From the sequence record PZ379542.1: a DNA stretch of 47,750 bases. One strand, 5' to 3'. Source of the DNA: a phage. The translations under genes were made by a program, and so were the position numbers. The notes below the pieces were generated by a model. The model was not told the origin of the DNA. It worked only from the letters and a program-made list of their open reading frames with translations, and ran no database searches. Position 1 is the stretch's first letter. Each line of letters starts with the position of its first letter. Shown here in pieces: positions 1-9,213 of this stretch.

Positions 1-723
1 CACGCAAAAGAGGATTACCCAAACGAGTGCTGCGGCGTAGTCACCCAAAAAGGCATGGCACAAAAATACCATAGAATCACCAACGCATCGAAAGACCCTG
101 AAAATGAGTTCATTCTTGACGCCAGTGAGTACATGAATATTGTCTTTAATCTTGGCTACAGCGAGTCAATTGTTTACGTAGCTCACTCACACACTGGAGA
201 TGGTGCAACTACAAGGCCTAGCCCGGCAGACATATGCAGTTGCAATGAGTGCGAGATTCCATATGTCATCGTTAGTTACCCGGAAGGAGATCTGCGAATC
301 CTTGAACCAGTTGATATGCCGCTAGCAGGAAGACCGTGGGGTTTGGGTAGCTTCGATTGCTGGGGATTGATAATGTCATTCCACGCAAAGCACGGCGTCA
401 AACTGGCTGACTACCGCGTTAATTACCCATGGTGGAACAAGGAGTATGGAGAAAATATCTATGATGACAACTGGATTAAGGAAGGATTTGAGCTAGTCGA
501 AACTGATGATATTCCAGTTGGCTCCATGATTATGATGCAGATTCAAAGTGAGGCCACAAACCACGCAGGAATCTACATTGGAGACAATAAGTTCTTGCAC
601 CATCTTTACGGCAAGATGAGTAAAGTGGATACCTATAGTGATTACTGGCGTGAGCGTACCGTTCGAATCGTTCGCCACAAAGATTTACCAGAAGGAGCAA
701 ATTACAATGCAGAGACTGATTAA
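1..723 (+). CDS. tail assembly protein K-like (MPN/JAMM + NlpC/P60); 5' partial in window, N-terminus encoded at 47715-47750
   Basis: Frame 1 is open from position 1 (HAKEDYPNECCGVV...); HSHT JAMM-like motif; the window end encodes MLTPKVKLEIMR in the continuing frame; lies upstream of I and J as in lambda. Confidence 0.85.
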   Translation, partial: HAKEDYPNECCGVVTQKGMAQKYHRITNASKDPENEFILDASEYMNIVFNLGYSESIVYVAHSHTGDGATTRPSPADICSCNECEIPYVIVSYPEGDLRILEPVDMPLAGRPWGLGSFDCWGLIMSFHAKHGVKLADYRVNYPWWNKEYGENIYDDNWIKEGFELVETDDIPVGSMIMMQIQSEATNHAGIYIGDNKFLHHLYGKMSKVDTYSDYWRERTVRIVRHKDLPEGANYNAETD

Positions 724-1282
724 GGTTAAGCTGGGCTTGTCACTTGGCAGAAGGTACGGGAAAGTCCATGAGTTGTGCGTGGAGTCTGTACCGGAAGCAC
801 TTCGAGCATTATCGGTAAACATTCCAGCATTTAAAGAGTTCATGCAAAGCCATGCTGGACAAAGGACTAGGTTCGCAATATTTGCTGACGGGAAGAACCT
901 TAATGAACATCGTATCAAGGATTTTAAGGCAGTTGGTGAGATTCGTATTATGCCAATACCTCAAGGAAGAAAAAGCGGAGGGTTATTCCAGACAGTACTA
1001 GGTGCGGCGCTCATTGGTGCTAGCTTCTTCCTTACTGGTGGTATTGCAACCGCTGTTCTTGGTGCTGGTATCTCACTAGCTGCTGGCGGTGTAGCTCAGT
1101 TACTTTCCCCACAAGCAACTGGATTAAAGACGCAGGAGTCTGCGCAAAACAGGGCTTCATACGCATTCGGGTCGGCTGTTAACACTGTAGCTGCTGGATA
1201 CCCAATATGTTTGCCATACGGTTATCGAAGTGTTGGCGGCTCTGTATTTAGTGCTGGGAGTTACTCAGAAGATATCGCTTAA
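707..1282 (+). CDS. tail assembly protein I-like
   Basis: ATG at 707 overlaps the K stop; Gly/Ala-rich hydrophobic C-terminal half; position between K and J. Confidence 0.8.
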   Translation: MQRLIKVKLGLSLGRRYGKVHELCVESVPEALRALSVNIPAFKEFMQSHAGQRTRFAIFADGKNLNEHRIKDFKAVGEIRIMPIPQGRKSGGLFQTVLGAALIGASFFLTGGIATAVLGAGISLAAGGVAQLLSPQATGLKTQESAQNRASYAFGSAVNTVAAGYPICLPYGYRSVGGSVFSAGSYSEDIA

Positions 1283-1287
1283 ATTAA

Positions 1288-1312
1288 GACCCGCCTAGTG
1301 CGGGTTTTTTAT
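1288..1312 (+). terminator. rho-independent terminator-like hairpin
   Basis: acccgc-ctagt-gcgggt followed by T-tract. Confidence 0.55.
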
Positions 1313-1322
1313 TTAGTGTAGA

Positions 1323-4300
1323 ATGGCACAAATGGTCAAAACAAATGCGGAGCTATGTGATATGGCGGAAGAAATTAAGATTTATGGAAGTAAGGGCGGA
1401 CAGCCAAAGCAGCACCAACCTGTAGAGCAGCCTGATAACCTGATATCCGTAAACAAGGTTAAGGTTTTGCTAGCTGTTTCTGATGGTGAGGTTGATAGCT
1501 CATTCTCCCTAAAGGACCTTTACCTTGCTGACGTTCCTGTACAGAACCAGAATGGCACATACAACTACGAGGGTGTAACGGCAGAGTTTCGCCCTGGCAC
1601 ACAGAGTCAGGATTACATTGCCGGGCTAGAGGGTGCTAACTCGGAAGTGCAAGTGAACAGGGAGATTAAAAACTCAACTCCTTACATCATTGCTGTTAAT
1701 AACACCCAGCTATCAGCGATTAGGGTTAAGCTGTTTTGGCCTCGTCTGATTAATCAGGAAAGTAACGGAGATCTTAACGGTACCACTTGCGAGTATGCGA
1801 TTGACCTGTCCGTTGATGGCGCTACATACACTGAGTACACGCGCGGAGTAGCTAATGGCAAGACAACTAGCGGGTACGACAGAAGTATCAGGGTTAACCT
1901 TCCTGCTGAGTTCTCGAGTGCGTTGGTGAGGGTTCGTAAGATCACGGCATATTCAGAAAGTTCGACGCTGGTTAACGACATGCAAATTACGACCTATCAG
2001 GAAGTAATTGATGCTAAATTCCGCTACCCACTTACAGCGCTGGTTTACGTTGAGTTCAGTTCTGACCTCTTCCCTAACGGAATCCCGACGATTTCAATCA
2101 AGAAGAAGTGGAAGTTGATTCGCGTTCCAACTAACTACAACCCAGAGACAAGGACTTACAGCGGAACCTGGAACGGCACCTTTAAGATGGCGTATTCCAA
2201 TAACCCGGCGTGGGTTCTTTACGACTTGGTGACGAATCAGCGTTACGGACTTGACCAGCGAGAGCTTGGCATTACTATTGATAAGTGGGGTCTGTATGAG
2301 GCGGCGCAATTCTGTGACCAGATGGTTCCAGATGGTAAGGGTGGAGTTGAGCCGCGCTACCTGTGTGATGTTGTCATTCAGCAGAAAGTTGAAGCATATC
2401 AGGTAATCCGTGATATTTGCTCTATCTTCCGTGGGCTGACATTCTATGACGGCGAGCAGATAGGTATTGTTGTCGATAAGCCGCGTCAACCATCGTACGT
2501 ATTCACCAATGACAACGTTGTTGATGGATTGTTCAACCGTACATTTGGTAGCGATAAGTCACTTTACACGGTTGCCAACGTTCAGTTTGATGACGTTGAA
2601 AACTCATACCAACAGGATGTTGAGCCAGTATTCGAGTTAGAGGCAACAAGGCGTTTTGGTTACAACCCGGTCGACCTTACAGCTATTGGATGTACTCGCA
2701 GGAGTGAGGCAAACCGCCGAGGGCGCTGGTTATTAAAGACGAACATTCGCAGCGAGACTATTAGTTTCACTACTGGTCTGGAAGGTATGATTCCAATGAT
2801 TGGTGAGGTTATTGCAGTTAATGACCAGGCATGGTCTAGCAACTACACCCTTAACCTTTCTGGTCGTATCGAGTCAGTAAGTGGGTTGCAAGTTTTTGTG
2901 CCATTTAAGATTGATGCTACTGCTGGCGACAGGATTCTAATAAACAAGCCTGATGGAATGCCAGAGTACAGGACCATTGCATCTGTATCTGAAGATGGTA
3001 TGACGCTGCAACTTAATACAGCGTTTAGCTTTACTCCTCAGCCTGACACAGTATTTGCGATTGATAAGGAAAATCTTGCTCTTCAGCAATATGTTGTGAC
3101 CGGGATTCAAAAAGCAGACAGCGATGGAGACGATGCGTTCGGTTACAGCATTACGGCAGTCGAGTACGACCCGAATAAATACGACGAAATTGATTACGGC
3201 GTAAACATTCAGGATAGGCCATCGTCAATCGTTGAACCTGACACGCTACTTGCCCCAGAAAATGTTCAGGTGAGCAGCTACAGCAAGGTTGTGCAGGGTT
3301 TATCAGTTGAGACAATGGTAATCACCTGGGACAAAGTTCAGTACGCCAAGACTTACACGGTACAGTGGCGTAAGGAGAACGGAAACTGGATTAACGTACC
3401 GCGCACAGCAAACACAGAAGTTGATATTGAAGGTATTTATGCTGGTATTTATCAGGTTCGCGTGAGGGCTGTTTCTGATACTGAAAACGTATCCGCATGG
3501 TCTGACATTGTTTCAGCAAGCCTAACTGGTAAAATTGGAACGCCGTCTGAGCCTACGGTAATCACAGCTTCAGATGATGAAATATTTGGCATTAGGGTTA
3601 AGTGGGGTTTCCCTGAAAACTCAGCCGATACGTCATACACTGAATTGCAGCAAGTAGCCGACAATGGTGATGGTACTTACTCACCAGAGAACGCCAGTTT
3701 GTTAACGCTAGTTCCTTACCCGGGTTACGAGTATTGGCACACTACATTACCGGCAGGAAAGGTTATCTGGTACAGGGCGCGACTGATTGACAAGATTGGT
3801 AACGTCTCACCATGGACTGATTTTGTAAGGGGTATGGCAAGCGATGATGTGTCGTCAATCATTGGTGATATTAAGGTTGATATAGAAAACTCAGATGGGT
3901 TCAAGTATCTCCAACAGAATGCCATTGAGTCAAACGGAGCTATTCAGGCGCAAGCGGAATCAATAATTGAGAACGCCCTGGCTAATGATGGTGACGTGCG
4001 TAGAATGACGAAGGAAAACGGCAAGAGGAAGGCCGAATTTGTTCAGGCTGTGAATCTTATCGCCGATGAAGAAAGGGCTCGCGTAGAGGCTCTGACGCAG
4101 CTTAAAGCGCAGATTGATGATGAGATTGTGGCTTCGTTGACAAGGATTGATACGGCGCTAGCGGAAGAAACGCAAGCAAGGACCACTGCGGACACTGCTT
4201 TATCTGCAAGGCTCGGTGAGAATGAAGCTGCTTTAAATGAGAAGCTGGATACTTACGTTACAGCTGATTCAATTGGTGCGCAGTACGGCATTAAGCTGGG

Positions 4301-4748
4301 TCTTACTTACAATGGGGTTGAGTACAATTCAGGGATGAGCATGGAACTAACCGGATCTGGTGGCAACGTTCGTAGTCAGTTCATTTTCGATGCTAACAGG
4401 TTCGCAATCAGTAACGGCATTAGCTCTGGATCCGGTCAGTGGTCATTGCCTTTCGTAGTTGAAGGTAATCAGGTATTCATTCAAAGCGCAGTGATTCAGG
4501 ATGGTTCAATCACTAACGCGAAGATTGGTAACCGGATTCAATCTAATAACTACGTGGCTGGTTCTCAGGGTTGGGCCATTGATAAGTCAGGCAGTGCGGA
4601 ACTTAACAATGCAACTGTAAGGGGTAGTCTGTACGCAAGTAACGGCAACTTTGCGTTTAACGGAACCAACAACACTGTTCAGATTAACAATAATGGAATT
4701 ACAGTTAATTTACCGAATGGTGGAAGGGTTGTAGTTGGAGTGTGGTAA
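1323..4748 (+). CDS. tail tip / host specificity protein J-like
   Basis: 1141 aa; YNPETRTYSGTWNGTFKMAYSNNPAWVLYDLVTNQRYG matches the conserved central block of lambda J as recalled from memory. Confidence 0.9.
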   Translation: MAQMVKTNAELCDMAEEIKIYGSKGGQPKQHQPVEQPDNLISVNKVKVLLAVSDGEVDSSFSLKDLYLADVPVQNQNGTYNYEGVTAEFRPGTQSQDYIAGLEGANSEVQVNREIKNSTPYIIAVNNTQLSAIRVKLFWPRLINQESNGDLNGTTCEYAIDLSVDGATYTEYTRGVANGKTTSGYDRSIRVNLPAEFSSALVRVRKITAYSESSTLVNDMQITTYQEVIDAKFRYPLTALVYVEFSSDLFPNGIPTISIKKKWKLIRVPTNYNPETRTYSGTWNGTFKMAYSNNPAWVLYDLVTNQRYGLDQRELGITIDKWGLYEAAQFCDQMVPDGKGGVEPRYLCDVVIQQKVEAYQVIRDICSIFRGLTFYDGEQIGIVVDKPRQPSYVFTNDNVVDGLFNRTFGSDKSLYTVANVQFDDVENSYQQDVEPVFELEATRRFGYNPVDLTAIGCTRRSEANRRGRWLLKTNIRSETISFTTGLEGMIPMIGEVIAVNDQAWSSNYTLNLSGRIESVSGLQVFVPFKIDATAGDRILINKPDGMPEYRTIASVSEDGMTLQLNTAFSFTPQPDTVFAIDKENLALQQYVVTGIQKADSDGDDAFGYSITAVEYDPNKYDEIDYGVNIQDRPSSIVEPDTLLAPENVQVSSYSKVVQGLSVETMVITWDKVQYAKTYTVQWRKENGNWINVPRTANTEVDIEGIYAGIYQVRVRAVSDTENVSAWSDIVSASLTGKIGTPSEPTVITASDDEIFGIRVKWGFPENSADTSYTELQQVADNGDGTYSPENASLLTLVPYPGYEYWHTTLPAGKVIWYRARLIDKIGNVSPWTDFVRGMASDDVSSIIGDIKVDIENSDGFKYLQQNAIESNGAIQAQAESIIENALANDGDVRRMTKENGKRKAEFVQAVNLIADEERARVEALTQLKAQIDDEIVASLTRIDTALAEETQARTTADTALSARLGENEAALNEKLDTYVTADSIGAQYGIKLGLTYNGVEYNSGMSMELTGSGGNVRSQFIFDANRFAISNGISSGSGQWSLPFVVEGNQVFIQSAVIQDGSITNAKIGNRIQSNNYVAGSQGWAIDKSGSAELNNATVRGSLYASNGNFAFNGTNNTVQINNNGITVNLPNGGRVVVGVW

Positions 4749-4754
4749 ATGATT

Positions 4755-4779
4755 AGGCCCCTTTCGGGGCCTTTTCTTT
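4755..4779 (+). terminator. rho-independent terminator
   Basis: ggcccc-tttc-ggggcc hairpin plus T-tract immediately after the J stop. Confidence 0.75.
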
Positions 4780-5741
4780 TAGTAGAAGTTTGGTATGAAT
4801 GGTAGAGCCATTGATATGTTTGTGTCGAATGGGAATCGGGCTCCCGTCTGCGTTGAGTAGTTACCTATTACAGTCCCTGGAACGGCCCTTACGGCGCCGC
4901 CAGACATGCATATGCCTTTGTATCTTAAGTTGTTATACCTTCCAGTAACCCTTGTTGTAGCTCCACACCTAAGTAGTGGGAAGAATCCACCATTTATTGA
5001 CTGGAAATCGTTAGTCATTTGTATAAAGCCACCAAGCACAAACGGTCGCCTAACGCTGGAAAAGACAATCTGGCCCAAGCTGTTAGACATTGTAAGCCCG
5101 GGTCCAGCTATCGGCGGTTCGTTTCTGAATATCACCAGTTGCACGTAAGTGCTTGCCGCCACGTCATCTGTACCAGTGTAGTTTATATTTCGGCACCAAA
5201 TTGTGCTCCCGTCGCTCTCCAGAGAAACTCCTGGGTTATCCCACTTACCAAACGGAACTCCGCTAACTGGAAGTGAAGCCGCGCCGTTAACTTGGATTCC
5301 ACCAACCCACGCCGCAGACATTAACCGCGAATTACTTGAAATTGCCAGGAAGTCAGTTGAGTTCTCAACAAGTATGCCCGGGCTTGAAGAGGATGAAGCA
5401 GCTAGTATCTCAAAGCAATTGCCAGCAAAGTTAATTATACGACCTCTTGCGCCATTGAAGTTACTAAGTTTTATCCTGCCAGTTCCGTCATTTACCTTCT
5501 GGAACCCGTTCATATAATAAACTTCAGGTACAACATCATAAGCGTCAACGTGCACAGCCTTTGTTGGAAGGCAGAATGCTGTTGAGCCTGGGGACATGGT
5601 TAAACCAAAATCCCATGATGATGCTGGCGTCGAAAGTCCATTGGTATTTATTGAGCCAGTCACAGCGGGCGCTCTTAATCCTGCCGTTATTTCCATAGGT
5701 GGCCTTCCATCATTAAGGTCAATCAATATTCCTTGAGGCAT
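4779..5741 (-). CDS. hypothetical protein; candidate receptor-binding / distal tail protein
   Basis: Long minus-strand ORF convergent with J; ATG at 5741 with AAGGAG RBS (ORF-track start at 5750 is GTG); co-oriented with and overlapping the upstream lipoprotein gene. Confidence 0.6.
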   Translation of the reverse strand: MPQGILIDLNDGRPPMEITAGLRAPAVTGSINTNGLSTPASSWDFGLTMSPGSTAFCLPTKAVHVDAYDVVPEVYYMNGFQKVNDGTGRIKLSNFNGARGRIINFAGNCFEILAASSSSSPGILVENSTDFLAISSNSRLMSAAWVGGIQVNGAASLPVSGVPFGKWDNPGVSLESDGSTIWCRNINYTGTDDVAASTYVQLVIFRNEPPIAGPGLTMSNSLGQIVFSSVRRPFVLGGFIQMTNDFQSINGGFFPLLRCGATTRVTGRYNNLRYKGICMSGGAVRAVPGTVIGNYSTQTGARFPFDTNISMALPFIPNFY

Positions 5742-5983
5742 TATTTCCACTCCTTAGACCCATGGTCAGCAACAGAGCCACCGTAACCGCCGCCAGCCTT
5801 GCTCTCAATACCAGCGTATCGCACATCAACTTCACCAGACGGTACAACCACACCATTTTCCCATTTAGCCACGCACACGCCGTTTGCTTGCGTTGCACAC
5901 CATCCGTCAGGACGCGGAGCAGAAGAACAACCCACCATCATGATTGCTGCTGCGATGATTGAAAGTTTGATTAAGTTAGTCAT
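5741..5983 (-). CDS. small lipoprotein (Llp/Cor-like superinfection-exclusion candidate)
   Basis: Signal peptide with lipobox [13 protein letters not shown]; 80 aa; AAGGA RBS; promoter cassette upstream. Confidence 0.75.
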   Translation of the reverse strand: MTNLIKLSIIAAAIMMVGCSSAPRPDGWCATQANGVCVAKWENGVVVPSGEVDVRYAGIESKAGGGYGGSVADHGSKEWK

Positions 5984-6023
5984 TTTCGTATTCCTTAGAA
6001 GGTGTGTTTCGTTTCAATGGAGT

Positions 6024-6069
6024 AATGATATCTCATCCTTGAGATTTGTCTTTAGCAATTGGTGCTATT
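6024..6069 (-). promoter_or_regulatory. palindrome-containing promoter cassette (AATAGCACnnnTTGCTAAA + extended -10)
   Basis: Minus-strand motif aaatagcaccaattgctaaa; -10 tatcat at conserved spacing; ccattgaaacga leader; upstream of lipoprotein gene. Confidence 0.6.
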
Positions 6070-6741
6070 TGCTATGAAGACTGCTTTTGCAAAACCGCGA
6101 GGAGTTAGACTGTGAATTACCTTTGTCTTCTTACTCTTCCCACCAAGCTTCTTGTATTGGTCAGAGAATCCATCGTTAACGTCCACAGGAATCGCCTCTG
6201 GCCATTTAAACCCATTGCCATACCAAATGCATGTCTTCTTGGGATATGCGTCTTTTGTCTTTATTAGGTCGCTAAAAAACGGGTGTAAATCATCTTCCGG
6301 CAAATAGCCTCCGTATTCATATGGGTGGAAAGTCTTATTAGGCTTTCTCCAGAGTGATGACAGTACGCTGATTGGATTCTCAATCATGTATGGGACTTCG
6401 TACTTATTAGCCAAGTTAAAAGCAACTTTACATGTTTCCGCAGCTTCAATCTGGAAGTTATGGTTAACCAGTCGCTTTCGCTCAAAGTGCCTTGACCCGC
6501 TCACGGCTAAATCCGTACACGGCGGGAACGCTAAAATGATATCAGGCTTCACATCAAAGTCGAAGTTGCCATCTATCCAGGCATTAACGTAGGTGATGTT
6601 CTCATGTTCAAATTTTGCATTTAAATCCCCGCAACTACCGTGGTCAGACTCATCAAAGTTGAAACAGTAGCACTCGTGACCAGCTTCGGCCCAATCTTTC
6701 ACAGCCAGCCCTGAACCATCAAATAAAGACCAGATAACCAT
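6052..6741 (-). CDS. DNA (cytosine-5) methyltransferase-like protein
   Basis: Motif I-like SLFDGSG, motif IV-like FPPCTDLAVSG, motif VI-like MIENP; ATG at 6741 with GAGAGAGG RBS; C-terminus NSTNC encoded by the repeat motif. Confidence 0.65.
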   Translation of the reverse strand: MVIWSLFDGSGLAVKDWAEAGHECYCFNFDESDHGSCGDLNAKFEHENITYVNAWIDGNFDFDVKPDIILAFPPCTDLAVSGSRHFERKRLVNHNFQIEAAETCKVAFNLANKYEVPYMIENPISVLSSLWRKPNKTFHPYEYGGYLPEDDLHPFFSDLIKTKDAYPKKTCIWYGNGFKWPEAIPVDVNDGFSDQYKKLGGKSKKTKVIHSLTPRGFAKAVFIANSTNC

Positions 6742-6772
6742 TTTGAAATCCTCTCTCGTTTTTTTGTGTGAC

Positions 6773-6818
6773 CAACTATACATGGTTTTGCGGATTAGTT
6801 TTAGCTATTCGTGCTGTT
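6773..6818 (-). promoter_or_regulatory. palindrome-containing promoter cassette (variant)
   Basis: Minus-strand cagcacgaatagctaaa; tgtatagt extended -10; upstream of methyltransferase-like gene. Confidence 0.5.
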
Positions 6819-6904
6819 GGTTACGCGTAACCGATGTAACTCTATGTATACCATATGCATCAGCGGGAAATCGTATACGCCTAGTTACGCTTTGATACGC
6901 CATA

Positions 6905-6967
6905 GTTACATAATAATATCTATATATATCAACCATTTACTCTTATTATTATTATTATATATATTAC
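6905..6967. repeat. AT-rich conserved block, copy 1 (gttacataataatatctatatatatcaacc...ttattattattat...)
   Basis: Near-identical to 26178-26242; (tta)n(ta)n tract. Confidence 0.85.
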
Positions 6968-7282
6968 TGTGTATATCATGTAACTACTGTTCTGGAGTGT
7001 TCCGGTTATAATTTTTATATAATGTGATTTTATACAGTATTGCGTGGCGCATATAACTATGCACCCTCCGCAAAAATCGGTATACACGGTATACGCACTA
7101 TTTACATTGAGCTATAGCTGGGCTGAAGTGGTGAAAAACGTAACTAATGGCAATGTCTACACATAGTTACGGATTTATACGCGTATACTTGATTAATTAA
7201 TCGGTGATACCAATTGGACTGTGTGTCTTGCGTGCGGCATCATTAACGCATCGAAAGCAAACAACAACAGAGAGATACAGAA

Positions 7283-7477
7283 ATGACCTACTACATTATC
7301 AAAGAGAAAAACAACGCACTGTTCGGCGACTGCTACTTTGGTGGCCCAGCCGGATACACTACCAAAAAATCTGAAGCCGACCAATTCGAGACAAAGGAAG
7401 AGGCCAAGGAGTTGCTTACAGGATACTTCACTGAAGAAGATTTGAAAGCTATTAAGATTGTTAAAATTAAGGATTGA
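7283..7477 (+). CDS. hypothetical protein
   Basis: First ORF of rightward operon; ATG with upstream purine-rich RBS. Confidence 0.5.
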   Translation: MTYYIIKEKNNALFGDCYFGGPAGYTTKKSEADQFETKEEAKELLTGYFTEEDLKAIKIVKIKD

Positions 7478-7480
7478 ACC

Positions 7481-8452
7481 ATGACATTTAAAGTTTATAC
7501 GAACGACGAGCTAACCAATGAAGCCTATCACGAAGAGAAAGACCATATCTCTGGCTCTTCGCTGGCTGAGATTCTTGCTACTTCTCCAGCAAAATGGAAA
7601 TTTAAGCAGCGCAGCAACTCTAGCGCAGCACTTAAATTTGGCACACTAAGTCACTGCATGATGCTAGAGCGCGAGGTATTTGACTTAACATACATGCGAG
7701 CTACTGACTTTGACGAAGTGGAAGGATTGATTACTAGCCAAACGGCTTTATCCGCAGCGCTTAAAAAAGTTGGAGTTTCAGGCACGTCAGGTAAGGGATA
7801 TAGCGAGCTCGTGGAGATGATGTATAAATCTGGTGAGGATTGGCCTGTTAAATGGTTAATTGAGCAGCAGGAGAGCGCTGAGGCGTTAATTAGTGGCAAA
7901 GAGCTCGTTACTGCGAAAGATTACGATAAGGTAATCTCAATGCGCGAGGTTCTGACTAATATCCCAGCTTACGATGCGATTATTAACTCACCAACAGCAC
8001 AGAAAGAGCTATCAATCTTTGGTGAGATTCTTGGGTGTGGTGTTAAGGTTAGGCTTGATCACGTGGATGTTGTTGATGGCGTGGTTTTCATTACTGACTA
8101 CAAGACGACGGCGGACGCAAGCCCGAGAGGATTTGGCAAGTCAGCTTATGACCATGGATACCTGTGCAAAATGAGCCTTCAGCGTGACTTGTTCGTGAAG
8201 GCATTTAACGAGAAGCGTAAGGTTGTGGTTCGACTTCTGGCGCAGGAAAAAACGGAGCCTTACTTACCAATGAGCTACACGCTTACAGATGAACAGCTTC
8301 GCATTGGTCGTTTACAATATTGTGAGGCACTAGCAACATACAAACAGTGCAAGGAGCTTGATGTATGGCCTGGGTATAGCAATGGGATTACAGAGCAAGA
8401 TTTGATGATTCCTGAGTGGGTAAGTAAGCAGTATCAAGAACTTCTAAAATAG
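7481..8452 (+). CDS. PD-(D/E)xK family exonuclease (recombination exonuclease)
   Basis: VRLDHVDVVDGVVFITDYKT D...D/E-x-K signature; adjacent to ERF and SSB. Confidence 0.7.
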   Translation: MTFKVYTNDELTNEAYHEEKDHISGSSLAEILATSPAKWKFKQRSNSSAALKFGTLSHCMMLEREVFDLTYMRATDFDEVEGLITSQTALSAALKKVGVSGTSGKGYSELVEMMYKSGEDWPVKWLIEQQESAEALISGKELVTAKDYDKVISMREVLTNIPAYDAIINSPTAQKELSIFGEILGCGVKVRLDHVDVVDGVVFITDYKTTADASPRGFGKSAYDHGYLCKMSLQRDLFVKAFNEKRKVVVRLLAQEKTEPYLPMSYTLTDEQLRIGRLQYCEALATYKQCKELDVWPGYSNGITEQDLMIPEWVSKQYQELLK

Positions 8453-8493
8453 CACTAATTGCTAAAGACAAAATCAAAAGGTGAGGTATGATT
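8448..8493 (+). promoter_or_regulatory. palindrome-containing promoter cassette
   Basis: aatagcactaattgctaaa; tatgat at -10 position; ctgaaacga leader; motif TAG is the stop codon of the exonuclease gene. Confidence 0.6.
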
Positions 8494-8522
8494 GCCCCAC
8501 TGAAACGAAAGAGAGATAGTTA

Positions 8523-9173
8523 ATGAAAACTTCAGATCAAAACAAGCAAGTATTGAAGGCTTTATTTGAGGCCAAATCAAAGTTTGCAAAGGCTGAAAAG
8601 TCAAAGCAGAACTCGCACCTAAAGAACAGGTACGCCACCCTGGAAGACGTACTGGCGGCTGTAGAGCCTGGCCTTGCAGATAGCGGACTGGTCATGTTTC
8701 AAGACATGATTGATGATGAAGCCACAACTAGAATTAAGGTTGAAACAACTGTCTATCATGCAGAATCTGGAGAGTGGGTCAGCTTCCTGACAATCGTCCC
8801 AATCAGCAAGCAAGATGCTCAAGGTTACGGCTCATCACTTACATATGCTCGCCGTTATGCAATTACAGCGTCATTAGGCTTGAGCCAGGCAGATGATGAT
8901 GGTCAGCTTGCAGTTAAGGGTATCAACTCATTTAAGAAAGATTTAGCTAAGTGCAACACTCTTGATGACCTGCGTGATGTATACAAAGAAGCTAAGCAGT
9001 CTCTTGATTCAGCTGGTTGGCTGGTGATTGAACCTCACATCATTGAGCGTAAGGCAGAAATTCAGGCTAATGCAACTAACGGCTTCAATCCTGCAAAACC
9101 TAAACAGGTTGCACAAAAGTCTGTTCAAGAAGAAAAAGTTGAAGTACAATCTCAAGAAATCGACACATTCTAA
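8523..9173 (+). CDS. ERF-family single-strand annealing protein
   Basis: NRYATLEDVL and YARRYAITASLGL blocks resemble P22 Erf as recalled from memory. Confidence 0.75.
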   Translation: MKTSDQNKQVLKALFEAKSKFAKAEKSKQNSHLKNRYATLEDVLAAVEPGLADSGLVMFQDMIDDEATTRIKVETTVYHAESGEWVSFLTIVPISKQDAQGYGSSLTYARRYAITASLGLSQADDDGQLAVKGINSFKKDLAKCNTLDDLRDVYKEAKQSLDSAGWLVIEPHIIERKAEIQANATNGFNPAKPKQVAQKSVQEEKVEVQSQEIDTF

Positions 9174-9213
9174 TTTAACGGGGCTGCGGCCTCAACATTA
9201 AGAGAGAAAGAAA

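Noticed and set aside
1754-3925. Antisense ORFs inside J (1754-1981, 2094-2489, 2660-2842, 3452-3664, 3725-3925), and similar ones inside tailspike, portal, scaffold and tape measure genes
   Set aside because: Shadow ORFs embedded in long, well-supported genes on the opposite strand; no start context.
4906-5517. Plus-strand ORFs 4906-5148, 5019-5276 and 5203-5517
   Set aside because: They overlap the better-supported minus-strand 320-aa gene, which has RBS, coupling to the lipoprotein gene and a promoter cassette.
6811-7011. Track ORF (66 aa) across the AT-rich repeat, and its counterpart 26039-26281
   Set aside because: Low-complexity translation of (tta)n(ta)n DNA. The two copies are conserved at nucleotide level but diverge in frame after the repeat, so the conservation is of DNA, not protein.
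8448-8466. Reading TTGCTA of the repeat motif as a sigma70 -35 hexamer
   Set aside because: Spacing to the conserved -10 is ~22 bp in every copy, outside the 16-18 bp window; the -10 elements are of the extended TGn type, which can work without a -35.
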